Assembly (NCBI RefSeq): GCF_006345805.1
Contig: NC_042998.1
Coordinates: 133,114,001-133,178,000 of the forward strand
Length of the DNA stretch: 64,000 nucleotides
Direction of reading: 5' to 3'
DNA from: Octopus sinensis
Taxonomy: Eukaryota
The translations under genes were made by a program, and so were the position numbers. The notes below the pieces were generated by a model. It was given only the letters and a program-made list of their open reading frames with translations. It did no database searches and was not told the origin of the DNA. Each line of letters opens with the position of its first letter. Position 1 is the stretch's first letter. Of this stretch, positions 1 through 13,682 are shown piece after piece.

Positions 1-1404
1 AAATGCATAGAAGAATATGAGAATGGTAATTTTCATTCACTTCTTAGACAACCGCCCCTCCCCTCCAGCCATTGTCTTCCGGTGTTTTAAGATAATAATA
101 ACGACCATCACCTCTTCTGAACAACTCCTGCTATGCATACATCGCTTCCATCGGTGAAGTTTTCACGACCAGAAAGGAAGCTTTCTCTGTGGTCGATCTA
201 TTGGGTCTCAGAATTCGCATCCAAATCTCCCTCAAATCAGATATTACTGCCTTAAAAGGTAGTCTCGCATTCCCATATATTTGAAAACAAAAATGAAACT
301 TTCTCAGTTGGAGTGCCTTTTATAATAGGTATTTGCTCAACCAGGGATGACCTAGAGGTTAAACAGCATATGTTCTCTATCGTCTCATCTTCTTTAGGGA
401 CAATCTGGTAACATTTAATGATACATACATATAAATGCGTTACATCTTTCTAAGACAAACAAATGAACACTTGAGAAACGAATTTCGTATCAGAATCTAA
501 TGAACACTATGAGATTTCAAACCATAAAAATTCTCTAGGAAGTAATTACACGTACCTTACAAACAGTGACATATTCGAAAGAATTGGGGATTGGCGGAAC
601 TCAGTGGTGCACCACGGAAAATGCCTTGTGGTATTTATTCCCGTCTTTTACGTGCTGAGTTGGAACCCCGCTGTGGTCAACTTTGCTTTTCATACCCCAC
701 GAATCGCTAAGGTTTACGCACTGGGTTTGATTTAATCAACTAATCTTCAACAAAATTGTTGGTCTTGTGCCTCAAACAAAAACATCACCAGCTATTTCAG
801 CTCTCACTCCTCAGATATATTGATAATAGCAAGCCAAGCCAACGAGAAGCTACACTTGATCATTAGAACTGCTTAAAATAAACGGCCAAAAGACTCAGAT
901 CATTTAATGACATCTTAGATAAAAGTCTTAGTGTAAAACTGACAGGATAAGCATGGCAAGAATGATTTTTTACATAGGTCATCTCGATCTGAGATGTCTT
1001 ATGATTAAACAATATCAGCAATATATAGGCACAAGATACACGAACGCGCACAAACACTCACACACATGCTAACATATTTACACAGCACACACGTAGTAAC
1101 GGTAGTCGCATGCATAGATGCTTACGTATGTAAAACCGAAAAATATCTTCTCAGCACAAATATTTTCTCAGCATCCGACAGGTTTCCACACCGTTTTCGG
1201 TTAATCTATTGCATTCCAAAGGCATAGGTCGACCCAAGTCTACAGTAAAAGATACTTCTTGCAAGTATGTAGCAAATACATCGGCGGTACGAAATCATTG
1301 CTATCAACTTCATAAGATACCGAGCAAATAATTAACAATCCATAGAACAGAATCGGTTTGAGAACTCCTTCAGTTCGTAACATTAACCATTGCGTCCGTG
1401 TGTA

Positions 1405-1860
<456 letters not shown>

Positions 1861-2316
1861 GCATGCAAGTATATGTGTGCATATATGTGTCTGCATGTGC
1901 TTCTATGTGTTGAGCGTGGTTACATACGTTGATGTGGAGTTTATGATTTATGTTTATGAATGCGAACGAATAAGTGTTCGTGCGAAATTACTTCGGTGGT
2001 GAAGTCAAAGGAAATTTTTAGTAGATTAAATTAAAGATGACATTTTGCTTCGCTAGTTTGCAACGGAGTAAAGAGAGACGCCATGTTACGATGTTTTCAG
2101 GTGTCCAGACTATAATCTGATAGGGTCATTAAGATATAGAATCAGTGATTTCTATATCTCTTCTTTATAGAGCTTACCAGTTAAGTACGAAACATGGATT
2201 TATGTATAATGCTGTGTATGTAGGCACACATATATAAAAATACACACACATATATGTATATCTACCTATCTATCTATATATATATATGTATATACAAATG
2301 CATATATATATGTATT

Positions 2317-2349
<33 letters not shown>

Positions 2350-5300
2350 TATATTATATTTAGTCGAATTTAAAGCTAAAGAATTAAGGTTTAGAAAGTA
2401 GACATTAAATGCGGTATCCAAACCTTGTTTCAGAGTAAGTCCCAGGTAGTGTGTGCGGAACACGTTCACGACTTATGGCTGTCAGGCGGTATCAGCGATA
2501 CTTTGCATTAATCGTTGGATCTGGGTCCAGAAATTCCAGGGTGCACGTAGAGTATATTTTAAAGATTAATAGAGAAGATGGAATGTAACAATAACCCTTT
2601 ATTAGCAAAACAATCGTTCGTGCAACATGAAACCAAAACGATTGCTGTGCTACTAAATGCTACAAGTATAAGATGTGTTATGAGCATTTATAGTGCACAT
2701 ACCTTATAGAAACTCAACAAACAATCAATTACCACCATTTTGGGAAAGAAGAGAAATATATATGAAATAATGTACGTACATTATATCTGAAATGATAACT
2801 TGAGATAACAACTGGCACAAATTTGGTACTAGATATCGATTTTGCTTGCTTGATATCGCCTTGGGCGAGATAAAAATATCACCAGTTTCGGATATTTTTT
2901 CCAAGTTGAAATATTGCTAAATTTTCTTCTTCGATTGTATTTTCTGTACATCCTATGTCACCAAACTTTCCTGATCTCTTTTCCTATTATATCTATGATT
3001 AAGTTTTCATTTCGTATTTGAGGTTACTTTGTTTCATTTACTCTGTGAATTATGAAAATGCAACCATTCTAATTAAGAACTCTTATCATGAACTCTGTGT
3101 CCAGATGATTATTCGTTTGTTTCTTACCGTATTCGGCATTTGTGTTCTGCAGTGATCTTTGTGAGTCCACCAACATATTTTGAGTACAGTAATAGCTTGT
3201 AACTCCTTTCATTTATTCCATTTGCGAAATTTTTAGCTGTGCAAGAGAAATGGAGTGATATATTTGTTGGAGTATTAAATCTGTGTTGAACATCAATAAA
3301 TAAATTGTCATTTATGCACAAGGCCTGAAAATTTGGAGCCGGGACTAGTCGATTACATCACTCCAAATACGTCAATAGTACTTCAATCTTTTCGATAAAT
3401 GGAAGTCAAAATTGGCCTACGTAGTATTCAAACTCAGAACATAAAGGATTGTAACTAAGTAATCACAAAAACATTTTTCATGACATTTTAACGACTAAGC
3501 CAACTTATCGCACGTGCACTCAGTGATCATCTTTGTTTCCAGTGCAAGTCCAATATTTGCAATTTTGAGAGGACGAGTCTGAGTGGACACTTGGCTAATA
3601 CATTATTTTATGGACCTAGCGAAGGCGACGTTGAACTAAAATAAGTCAAACGACAGAAGAAACATGGCAAGACATTTTGTTTGGGTCTCTAATAATTCTG
3701 CCAATCGTATCTCTCTAGCTTATTCGTTAACCAACCGCTAATTCAAATGTAAAATTTATCCATCCAACAGACAAACAAATAAGACAGCCTCTAGGTGCGA
3801 TGGCTCGGAATGGGAGGTACAGCAACATAATTTCCTTCAAACAACAGTCTACTATCTGAAAAAAAAAGACCAGATTGAATTTGGTAGTTATATGTACACT
3901 GAATCTGATAAAAGTATGGGATGGTCATAGCTGTTATGTATTTGATCATAATATTTTTGGATTAAGGCGATATTGGGTTAAATTACAACAACAAAAAAAT
4001 AATCAATAAAGTGTTAATTGAAACGAAGTCCAAAAGAAACTACTGTTGTTGTGCATCGTGAAAACAATAATTAATTAAATACTTAAAGTAGGATAATTTT
4101 TAGGTGGTGTATGGATAGGGTAGTGTCGACGTTTTGAGTAGAGCAACCTTTCCTTCCTAGACAATAAAAGGGATATTTCTTGATAATATATTAAAAAAAC
4201 AAAAGTAGCAATTAATAAAAAAAATGATAAACCAAAACAGAAAAGAAAACAATGAAACCTCTCGTGTTCCCATTTGCCTAAGTATAAAAAGAGGTACGGG
4301 TAGAGATAAAACATGTGTTTATTATTAAGGGGTGTACATTAAACGAACGCCTGATGAAATTTTAACGGCCCTAAGAATTTTCAACGAGACCCTTTTTTGT
4401 TTTGTTTTGTTTGTTTTTCTTCTTTTTAAGCAAGATTCCAACCTCTGAAGTCTTAGATCTCTACTCGCTTATTGCTTTTTTTATGTGAAGCGGAACAATT
4501 CTTACTACCAACTCTCATTATTGAAAGCATCTTACCAATAAATACTCTATCATATAAAAAACATATATATTTAAAACATAAAATATAAAAAGAAATAAAA
4601 TCAAGGAAAAAAACACAAAAAACACAGCTTCTGCCATGTTCTATGAAATCTCTTTCCAGCACATTTCCGAGCATGTTGCTATAAAGCTAGTAATAGTTTT
4701 TAAGGAATATTACTGATATTGAGCACCTGTGTTAAACTCTTCTGGCAATTAGTGTTTGGTTGCTCATTGTCAGTCAGTGTAGGAAGGTCAACAATTTGTA
4801 CTTCCCACAGCATGCTTTTGTATATTTTATGATGTTATGTATGACTGACGCATAAAAAAAAATTTACGTGCGCGCGCAATTATGTCTTTTGTTTTCTTTT
4901 GTTTTCTTACGTTGTTCTTCACTTCCGAACACCCATTTTTTCCACTTAGATTATAGTTACAACACAAAAAAAATTAGCTTAAATCTTTTGTCGTCAAGCA
5001 CTCTCAGAAAACTTGGGCTCATGTTTACACGAATTAAGATGCGCTGTGTAGAATATATGCGTATCTATTAACGTGTATACAACAGTCCTCCAAGAAAACA
5101 CAGTAAGTCAACTTCCTGTGTTTTGCTGGAGAATGACATTTTGAATTCCTTGGACCATGCTTTATACATACTAGAGATATGATCTTGAAAAGTGTTCAAC
5201 TATTCATTGTATAACAACCTGTGACACATAATAAGGTGAACAAATTGGGATAATTTTTATAGTTGTTTTTGCAATTGCCCGTTTCTTGGTTCTTGACCGT

Positions 5301-5420
5301 TTTGTCACAGATGGGCGGTATATGTGTGTGCGCGCGTGTGAGTGTATGCATATATGCGTGTTTATATCATTATATATATATTTGTATATATGTAAATATT
5401 CATATATGTATATATATATG

Positions 5421-5503
<83 letters not shown>

Positions 5504-5509
5504 CATATG

Positions 5510-5562
<53 letters not shown>

Positions 5563-5570
5563 GCACACAT

Positions 5571-5643
<73 letters not shown>

Positions 5644-5644
<1 letters not shown>

Positions 5645-6157
5645 TGGCAGTATCGCCCGGCGTTGCTCGGGTTTGTAAGGGAAATAACTATATAAGCATT
5701 TTTAGAGAGTTACTTCCCTTATAGATGCCAATTCGGGCTTTCTTAGCCATTTCTGTTTTGGTGTCTTCAAGCCATGAAGTCGTTGTTCTAAAAGAACGCT
5801 GGTCTCCTTGACAACGCATTACGACGTTGATTTCCTTAAACTCCCTTCCACACAGCTTCACGAGGGAGGGAAGAAGGGTGAGAAGCAAACACAGGTGCAG
5901 GTGTTTGAGCGTGGACGCCAACTCCGCTGCCATCGACACACGAAAAATTATGCATTAAAATGGAATAAAAAATGATGTTAAATTATTTTTAAAATCGTAG
6001 ACTCATCGTAGATGCGCGCTAATAGCCAGACGGGCTCGATATAATCACGACTATAAGATACCCGAATTGGTTAAACTGCACCGCAAAATCTGGGAGAGTT
6101 AGGAATCTAAATCGTAGGAGACAGACACTCACACAACTACAGTTTTATATATATAGA
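5644..6157 (-). mobile_element. Non-autonomous Helitron, subfamily a
   Basis: Minus strand starts TCTATATATATAAAACTGTAG. It ends with the hairpin CCCGAGCAACGCCGGG followed by CGATACTG-CCAG (CTAG variant). It sits in an AT site within (TA)n and is homologous to 46929-47565. Confidence 0.85.
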
Positions 6158-6269
6158 TATATATATATATAAATGCATGTACACGAAAGCACACAAACAC
6201 ACACAAATTTAATGGAATAAGCCCCTCACAGAAAATGTGTGGCATGGTGTCCATGTTAGATATCATTAT

Positions 6270-6285
6270 ATTAATAATAATATTG

Positions 6286-6325
<40 letters not shown>

Positions 6326-6415
6326 TAATAATAATTTTAATAATGATGATGATGATGATAATAACGATAATAATAATGATAATAATAACAATTATTATTA
6401 TTATTATTATTATTA

Positions 6416-6446
<31 letters not shown>
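6270..6446. repeat. (AAT)n followed by (ATT)n, an inverted trinucleotide array
   Basis: AAT/GAT repeats to about 6388, then ATT repeats to 6446. Confidence 0.9.
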
Positions 6447-6449
<3 letters not shown>

Positions 6450-7130
6450 CGTTAGCACACTGGAGGAAATGCTTAGCGATATTTCCGCCCATTGCTAGGT
6501 TCTGAGTTGAAATTCCGCCGAGATCGATGTAATCGATGAACCCCCTCCTCTAAAATTTCAGGCCTTGTGCCTATAGTAGTAAGGATTATTATTATCATTG
6601 CTCGTTAGCACACTGAACGAAATGCTTACCAGTTGCTCAGTGGGGTCGATGTATTCGACCAGTCCCCGCCCAACAAATTTCAGGCTTTGTGCCTTTAATA
6701 GAAATGATCATTATTATTGAGAGAGCAGCGCATGCCATCAAAGTGAAACTTAAGTAGAATTATACGAAGCCCAATATGCCCATCATGACTACCCGTCTGA
6801 TAAGGGTACACAAGTACATGTATTACAACCACATGCTCGCGACATGGTGATTTGATATGAAGATAAACAGCGCATGACCTTGCAGGTGAGACCCAGTTAG
6901 AATTTTCTTCAGGTTGAGTAGCCCAAGGGCGGCGAGCTGGCATTAACGTTAGCACACCGGGAAAAATGCTTAGAGACATGTCATCAATCTTTACGTTCTG
7001 AGTTCAAATTCATCTAAGGTCAGCTTTGCCTTTCGTCCTTTCGAGGTTGATAAAACAAGTACCAGTCGAGCCCCGGGAGACAAAGTAATCGACTTACTTG
7101 CTGGCCTTGTGCTAAAATTTGAACCCATTA
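6447..7130 (+). mobile_element. Cluster of tRNA-derived SINE family A copies (about 6447-6595, 6602-6718, 6928-7130)
   Basis: Recurrent head GGCGGCGAGCTGGCA..GTTAGCAC, B-box-like GAGTTCAAATTC, body GTCGACTTTGCCTTTCATCC, tail GGCCTTGTGCC plus (ATT)n. The second copy is internally deleted. Confidence 0.85.
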
Positions 7131-7863
7131 TTGTATTTTGTTCTGAGTTCAAATTTCGACTTTCGGTGCTGTTAAAAAAAGTGACATTTGACCGCTCCTC
7201 TCAAAAATTGCTGGCTTTGAGCCAAAATTAGAATTAGTATCGATTTCTGATTTGGGCACAAGGTCAGCAATTATGAGGTAGAGACGGACTATCAAGGTCA
7301 GTAATTATGAGGTAGAGACGGACTATTAGCCAGAGTACTTGACTGGCACATTATCAGAGATGTACTGTGATCGATGGCATTGAGTTCATGCACTGCCCTC
7401 AAAATTGCCGGTTCTATACCTAAATCAGAAACCTTGCAAATCAGTGAGCTGACAGAGTTACATGTATGTCGGAAAAAGTGCTTTACATAATTCGTTCTTA
7501 GCCTTTACGTCCTGAGTCGAAATCTCGATGAGACCAACTTAGCATTTCATCACACCGGTCTCGATAAAATAGAGGCAAAAAGAAAATCAGTGTCAGGCTC
7601 GTGTTTATTTGAACTGAGAATGTGATACTGAGAATTTGAACTGAGAATGTGAAATAAGTGTAGCATTCTACCATTTCGGCTTTTCTAGCGTCCTTAATAA
7701 TTATTACTGATTTACATGTCATGTTACATATTTCACTGGAGGGTAACAGTCTAATATCAGTCCCTGTGCTTCATTTGTATCTCATTCGACACCGAGAAGA
7801 TGAAAGCTTCATCGATCATGACAGGGGTTAAACTCAGAACCTAGAATACTAATTTCAAGTTTT

Positions 7864-8062
7864 TGCACAAGGCCAGCTATTTCAGGGGAGGAACAAGTCG
7901 ATTACATCGGCCCCAGTTCTCAACTGCTACTTATTTTATCTGCCACCGCAGGATTAAAGGCAAAGTCGACCTCGGCATAATTTGAACTCAAAACTTTAGG
8001 ACGGACGAAATGCCCCTATGCATTTTGTCCGGCGTGCTAACGATGCTGCCAACTTGCCGCAT
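7864..8062 (-). mobile_element. SINE family A copy
   Basis: Reverse complement of the family A head, B-box, body and tail. Confidence 0.85.
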
Positions 8063-8419
8063 TAGATAACCTAGAATATTGAAACAATATTGTAAAGCAT
8101 TTTGTTCAATAGTCTGTCTGTTCTACTACATCACCCAGTTTCTAATAGCTTGAATGATTTGTAGCATAGGCACAAGATCACAACATTTATGTGAAGGTAT
8201 AGTCATTTAGATATACTACAGAAATATGACGTATAAAGATTCGTGTTGAATTTCAATACAGAACGAAAAGAGAGTAAGAACAACAGGGCATTTAGGACGG
8301 CACTACCCCTTCTGTCCTTTCATCACCTGAATGCAAAAAAGAATTCAAAGACTACCAATAATATTACTTTTTGACGTTGGCACAAACTTACGCATTTAGG
8401 AAAAAAGTATAAAAGTATA

Positions 8420-8836
8420 GGCGCAGGAGTGGCTGTGTTGTAAGTAGCTTGCTAACCAACCACATGGTTCCGGGTTCAGTCCTGCTGCGTGGCACCTTGG
8501 GCAAGTGTCTTCTGCTATAGCCCCGGGCCGACCAATACCTTGTGAGTGGATTTGGTAGACGGAAACTGAAAGAAGCCTGTCGTATATATGTATATATGTA
8601 TATATGTATATATATATATATATATGTGTGTATGTGTGTGTGTTTGTCCCCCTAGGATTGCTTGACAACCGATGCTAGTGTGTTTACGTACCCGTCACTT
8701 AGCGGTTCGGCAAAGAGACCGATAGAATAAGTACTGGGCTTACAAAGAATAAGTCCCGGGGTCGACTAAAGGCGGTGCTCCAGCATGGCTGCAGTCAAAT
8801 GACTGAAACAAGTAAAAGAGTAAAAAGAGTAAAGAG
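8420..8836 (+). mobile_element. tRNA-derived SINE family B, full length, with internal (TA)/(TG) microsatellite
   Basis: Head GGCGCAGGAGTGGCTGTG, B-box-like GGGTTCAGTCC, CACCTTGGGCAAG, internal microsatellite, 3' end CCAGCATGGCTGCAGTCAAATGACTGAAAC and an (AAAAGAGT)n tail. Related copies at about 13250, 32455 and 48525. Confidence 0.88.
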
Positions 8837-9020
8837 TTCAATCGGCCTGATTACAGGACTGGTTCATGATTTTAGAATAGGAAACCTGAGGTTGTCCTCT
8901 GAGGAATGCAAATTGTTAACGTGCAGCGGTGCATCTACATACAGCAAGTTTTATTATTCTGAGATATAAAAGGTCTGTCAATGTAAATATATCTATAGAT
9001 ATATACATCCTTATATATTC

Positions 9021-9232
9021 GTTTCAAATTTTGGCACAAGACCAGCAACATCGGACATAGGAGCTAGTGGATTATATCGACACCACTGTTCAGCTGGTAC
9101 TTATTTTATCGATCCCGAAAGGATGAAAGGCAAAGTCGATTCGGTGGAATTTGAATTCAGAACGTACAGTAGGAAGAAAGGCCGCTAAGCATTTTTTCCG
9201 GCGCGGTAACTATTCTGCCTGCTCAGCATCCT
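9021..9232 (-). mobile_element. SINE family A copy
   Basis: Contains ggcaaagtcga..gaatttgaattcagaacgta, the reverse complement of the family A core. Confidence 0.8.
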
Positions 9233-11294
9233 ACCTTATATATATATATGTATATAACGATTTAGGAGTGACCCCAACAGGTCACTCGTCCACCAGAAAG
9301 AGCAGCCATAACTCACACCGCCAAGTATTATTAATTCAGAAATTAGGTGAAAATTTAAAAACATTTACCCTAATTCATCTTTAGACGTTGCAACGTTTCT
9401 GTGTCATCAATGATTAAATTAGCTTAATTAAATTAAATTAAGCCAATCTACCATAGGTTACACTTCATCAGTAAAGACCTGGGAGAGACAAATATACACG
9501 AGGCGTCTGTATCGAAGCCTACGGGATATCTGACTTAAAATTTCAAGACTGACGTATTCGCGCCAAACTTATCAACAGTAAATATAAACTGCCGATTCAA
9601 TCTCAGAATTATTCAGAAAATTATCAATTAGTCAATTTAGGGTAGCAAAAAAATTCAATAGAAATTTATCGCAACCAGCGGCCTGGTGAAAAAGAGAAAA
9701 TAGTCATATATATGTATATATATATATACTAAAACATATCCGTATCGTTGACAGAATATATTTATCTTTAGAATCAAATAATGAAATTCAGTATATCTTT
9801 CACCACGCAGCCATCATATGACATGATCTGCTACGTGTATGTAAACATATTTAGTCTTGCTGCGAAGATTATTTTAGGTTAAAAGCCAAGTTAATAACGA
9901 AGCACGTCACCAGGAAGCAGATTAGGGAGATTTCGAGTTTCACTAGAGAATCTCAATAAACCAATGATATAGTAACATATAAAGTAACTTCTGTGACGTA
10001 CCACCCCCAGATATCTGTATGTTAGAAAGATATGTCTCATGCAGCTGAACACAGCATCTTCTTGTGCCAACTGCAGTGTAGTTAATTACACTCTGCGCAT
10101 CATTGACTTTAGTGTACTGAAAGATCTTGTCCGTTCTGTAGGAAACAGACTAACATGCGTCAAGAATCGTGCCATTTAAGTCTGTGTACATTTCATTGAC
10201 TCTGTGTTAATTACAGTTGGGAGTCGTGTTCTAAGTCAAGAAAAAAAGACTAACAAAAAGAAAGAAGAATCAAGAGAGAGAGAGAGAGAGAAATTCTACA
10301 CGGTCGTACGATCTTTCAGAAACGGGAACTAAATTTTCTGTGTTAAAGAGAAGGCAGAACACATAGGGGGATATAATATAATATAAATAATATAATATAA
10401 TATAATATAATTTATATGGTATAATTCATATGAAATATATTATATTATATTTTATATAATATATGATATCTATAATAATAAATGCCAAAACGAATTTCTG
10501 TGTGTCAGTGTGTCACAATTTGGCCCACTCTCTCACTATACAATGACACTTATTTTACTCCTCTTGCTGGGGTGAGAGTAAGAGTAGGCATAGGGACAGT
10601 GAGGGCGGTAGTATATTGACAGTTGAGATAGTAATGAGGGGATAGCAATAGTGTGAGCTGTAGTTGTGATAGAGACGGAGGCGACGGTAATGATGGTGGT
10701 GGTACCCCAGGCGGTCAAACATGATGGTGATAGTAAAGGATGCGAAAGACAGTGGTGATGATGGTGGAGGAGAAGGCGGCGAAGTCAAAGGTGTTGATGG
10801 TGGTGGTGTCAAAAGTTGGAATGGTGTGTGTATGGCAGTTGTGGTGACGATGGTGGGTGTACTGGTGATGGTGATGGCTGAAAGCAATCAGCAGAAAGAA
10901 AGAGATTAGAGAGAGAGAGAAGTTAAACAGAAAAAAATTGTACTGACCCTCGAATGGGAAGACAAAAAATGTTGTTTATCATGAAGCTTTGCAATAATTT
11001 CCAAGTCGACATATCATTACTTGACGAAAATTGTTCATTCCTCGAAAAATATTGGTCAAGTTTAATCAAATATAAAATGTGCTCAATGCCTGAAGTGTCA
11101 TTATTGGGCTCAAAACCCAATGAAGAGCTCTCCACAGCTCCTATCGGGCGGCTTTAAAGTTACTAATATAATATAATTTATATAATATTATATAATTTAT
11201 ATAATATATATATATAATATATTATAATTTATATAATATATAATATATTATATAATATAATTTATATATTTTATAATATAATGTATATAATATA

Positions 11295-11685
11295 CTAGCA
11301 GTATCGCCCGGCGTTGCTCGGGTTTGTTTCGACCTTTTAGAAATGAAATTTTTGAAAAGTAAAAATGTTGCATTATGTAGCTTGTTATTCTCTTCAAGTG
11401 AACATTTTTCTGGATGAAATACACCGAAAAATGGCGACACAACAGTGAAAAAATCGTAAAAAATAGGGATTTTCATAGAAAAAGCACCTTTTTTGATGTA
11501 AATAATTTTTGGTGTTAACATGGTCCGATTTGAATTTTATCTTCTACGGAAGAAAGAGCAAGCCTTCTTCTATCATACTCTCAATTTTGGTCAACATGCG
11601 TCGCAGGGTCTCGGAGGAGATAGTGTTAGTTGAAGGCTACCAAACCTGCCACACACAGACAACTTCAGTTTTATATATATAGAGA
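11295..11685 (-). mobile_element. Non-autonomous Helitron, subfamily b
   Basis: Minus strand starts TC(TC)TATATATATAAAACTG and ends ACAAACCCGAGCAACGCCGGGCGATACTG-CTAG followed by T. The termini match 5644 and 46929, but the interior is different. Confidence 0.85.
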
Positions 11686-11696
11686 TAATATAATAT

Positions 11697-11862
11697 TATT
11701 TCGTCTGTCTTTACTTTCTGAGTTCAAATTCCACCGAGGTCGACTTTGCATTTCATCCTTTCAGGATCGATAAATTAAGTACCATTTGCGTTCTGGGATC
11801 GATCTAATCGACTAGCCTTCTCCCCAAGAATTTCGGGCCTTGTGCCTCGATTAGAAAAGAAT
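11697..11862 (+). mobile_element. 5'-truncated SINE family A copy
   Basis: CTGAGTTCAAATTCCACCGAGGTCGACTTTGC...GGCCTTGTGCC. Confidence 0.85.
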
Positions 11863-12213
11863 ATATAATATAATATAATATAATATAATATAGTATAATA
11901 TAATATAATTTATATGATATATAACATGATATTTTGTCTGAAAAGAAGGTGGTTTTAATGGATAAACTAGGGTTAAATCAGAAAAAAGCTGTTTAACAGA
12001 AATTTAATCTAGTCAGCATCCATGCAAATGAATTCTCTAACTGCAACCGATGCCACCGCTACCACCAGATATCGCCTCCGTTGTCACCACCACCACCACC
12101 ACCGACATCGCCTACGTTGCCACCACCACAGCATATGAACTAACACGTTAATTTATAACATGCATATTTTATCAAGATGCCAAGTGTAGTTGGATGTGTT
12201 ATCGTCGTCGTCA

Positions 12214-12214
<1 letters not shown>

Positions 12215-12260
<46 letters not shown>

Positions 12261-12345
12261 ATAGTAGTAGTAGTAGTAGTAGTAGTAGGAGGAGGAGGAG
12301 GAGGAGGAGGAGGGGGAATTGGTGGTGGTGTTGGTGGTGGTGGTG
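12215..12345. repeat. Compound trinucleotide microsatellite (TAG)n(GGA)n(GGT)n
   Basis: Read directly from the sequence; source of the poly-V, poly-G, poly-T and poly-P ORFs. Confidence 0.95.
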
Positions 12346-12635
12346 ATGATATTTCATGCTCAAGTTCAAGAATTTGTAAAATAGCAATCATTTGCAAACT
12401 TTCGCAGCAGTTGAGGAATGGAGACATGATTTGATTATCATTCTTTTTAACCACTCATCTACCAGGAAATTTCAATGAAGGTTAGTTTGTCCAAACTTAA
12501 GACATCAAGATGAAAGCAAGTACAAAAGTAAAAGAAAATATGTTTCGAATATGTATATATATATATATACATATTTGCTCAGAGAGAGAGAAGCAATTAT
12601 GCGGATAAACAAATTAGACATCAAATATTTTAAGT

Positions 12636-12852
12636 ATATTTATTTCCCACAGGGGGCTAAACATAGGGGGGACAAACAAATGGATTAAGCCAATTAGATC
12701 GACCCCAGTGCGTAATTGGTACTTATTTAATCGATCCCGAAAATATAAAAGGCAAAGTCGACCTCGGCGGAATTTGAACTCAGAACCTAAAGACACACGA
12801 AATACCGCTAAGCACTTCGCCCGGTGTGCTAACGATTCTGCCAGCTCGCCGC
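12636..12852 (-). mobile_element. SINE family A head and body with an alternative 3' tail (tail type 2)
   Basis: The family A head and body are followed by CTTAATCCATTTGTTTGTCCCCCCTATGTTTAGCCCCCTGTGGG. A close variant of this tail is at about 30860-30925. Confidence 0.85.
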
Positions 12853-13249
12853 AACATCAAATACAGCATTTGTATAAATGTATACATGTAAAACGAGAGG
12901 AAGCAAAAGATGAAAACTTTCAGATAATGTATTTTTATGTATAGATAGATAGATATTTAAATTTTTATAGGTCAAACTCACACAAAGTTCAAAGGTTTCA
13001 CCCTTGAACTTCTCTGCATTAAGATCTGAAACGTAAGATCTTCTCTACCCTGATGATGGAGGCTCGTCTTATCCAATGTTAATTGCATCCATATGACAGC
13101 ACATTGTGATGAACTAAACTAACAACCTTATGATGGATAGCCGAGCCTCTAGAAACAGCTGTTGGACTTATGACAGTTTTCTTCCACCTCTTTGATTTTC
13201 TCTATCGTTTGTACTCTGTGTAAGTTGGACATATTAATATAAATATCTA

Positions 13250-13682
13250 GAAGTGGCTGTGTGTTAAGTAGCTCGCTTACGCATGCGTGTTTGTTAGTTG
13301 CTTGCTGAAGTGAACACTGTCGGGATGCGCTTTGGAGGCCGTCCTGAATTGAAGAACTATTGAAGAGGCGCGACTGCAAGGTAGGCGCTTGTTCTTTTAG
13401 GGATTCAGAGGGGAATTTGTTGTATGACATTGCTTTTCCCTTTCTTCATATAGGAAATCCTCACTCTCGAACATTTGTCTGCTGCAGTAACTCAAACACA
13501 CCATCACTTGAGAACCGATGTAGGTGTGTTTACGTTCTCGTAACATTGCGGTTCATCGAAAGAGAACGATAGAATAAGTACTAGGCGTACAAAGATTTCT
13601 TTGATTAAAAAAAAAACCCTTTAATGCGATGCTCTGGCATGGCCGCAGTCAAATGACTGAAACAAGTTAAAGAATAAAACAA
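13250..13682 (+). mobile_element. SINE family B with its 5' body replaced by unrelated sequence
   Basis: Head GTGGCTGTGTGTTAAGTAGCT, then about 220 bp unrelated to the family, then the family B 3' half ending GCATGGCCGCAGTCAAATGACTGAAACAAG. Confidence 0.7.

Noticed and set aside
2420-2540. GC-richer island with a GTAAGT donor-like site
   Set aside because: No frame with consistent acceptor and donor sites or a recognisable peptide.
6928-6990. tRNA-like A-box and B-box sequences at SINE heads
   Set aside because: No complete cloverleaf, and each continues into a repeated SINE body, so these are not tRNA genes.
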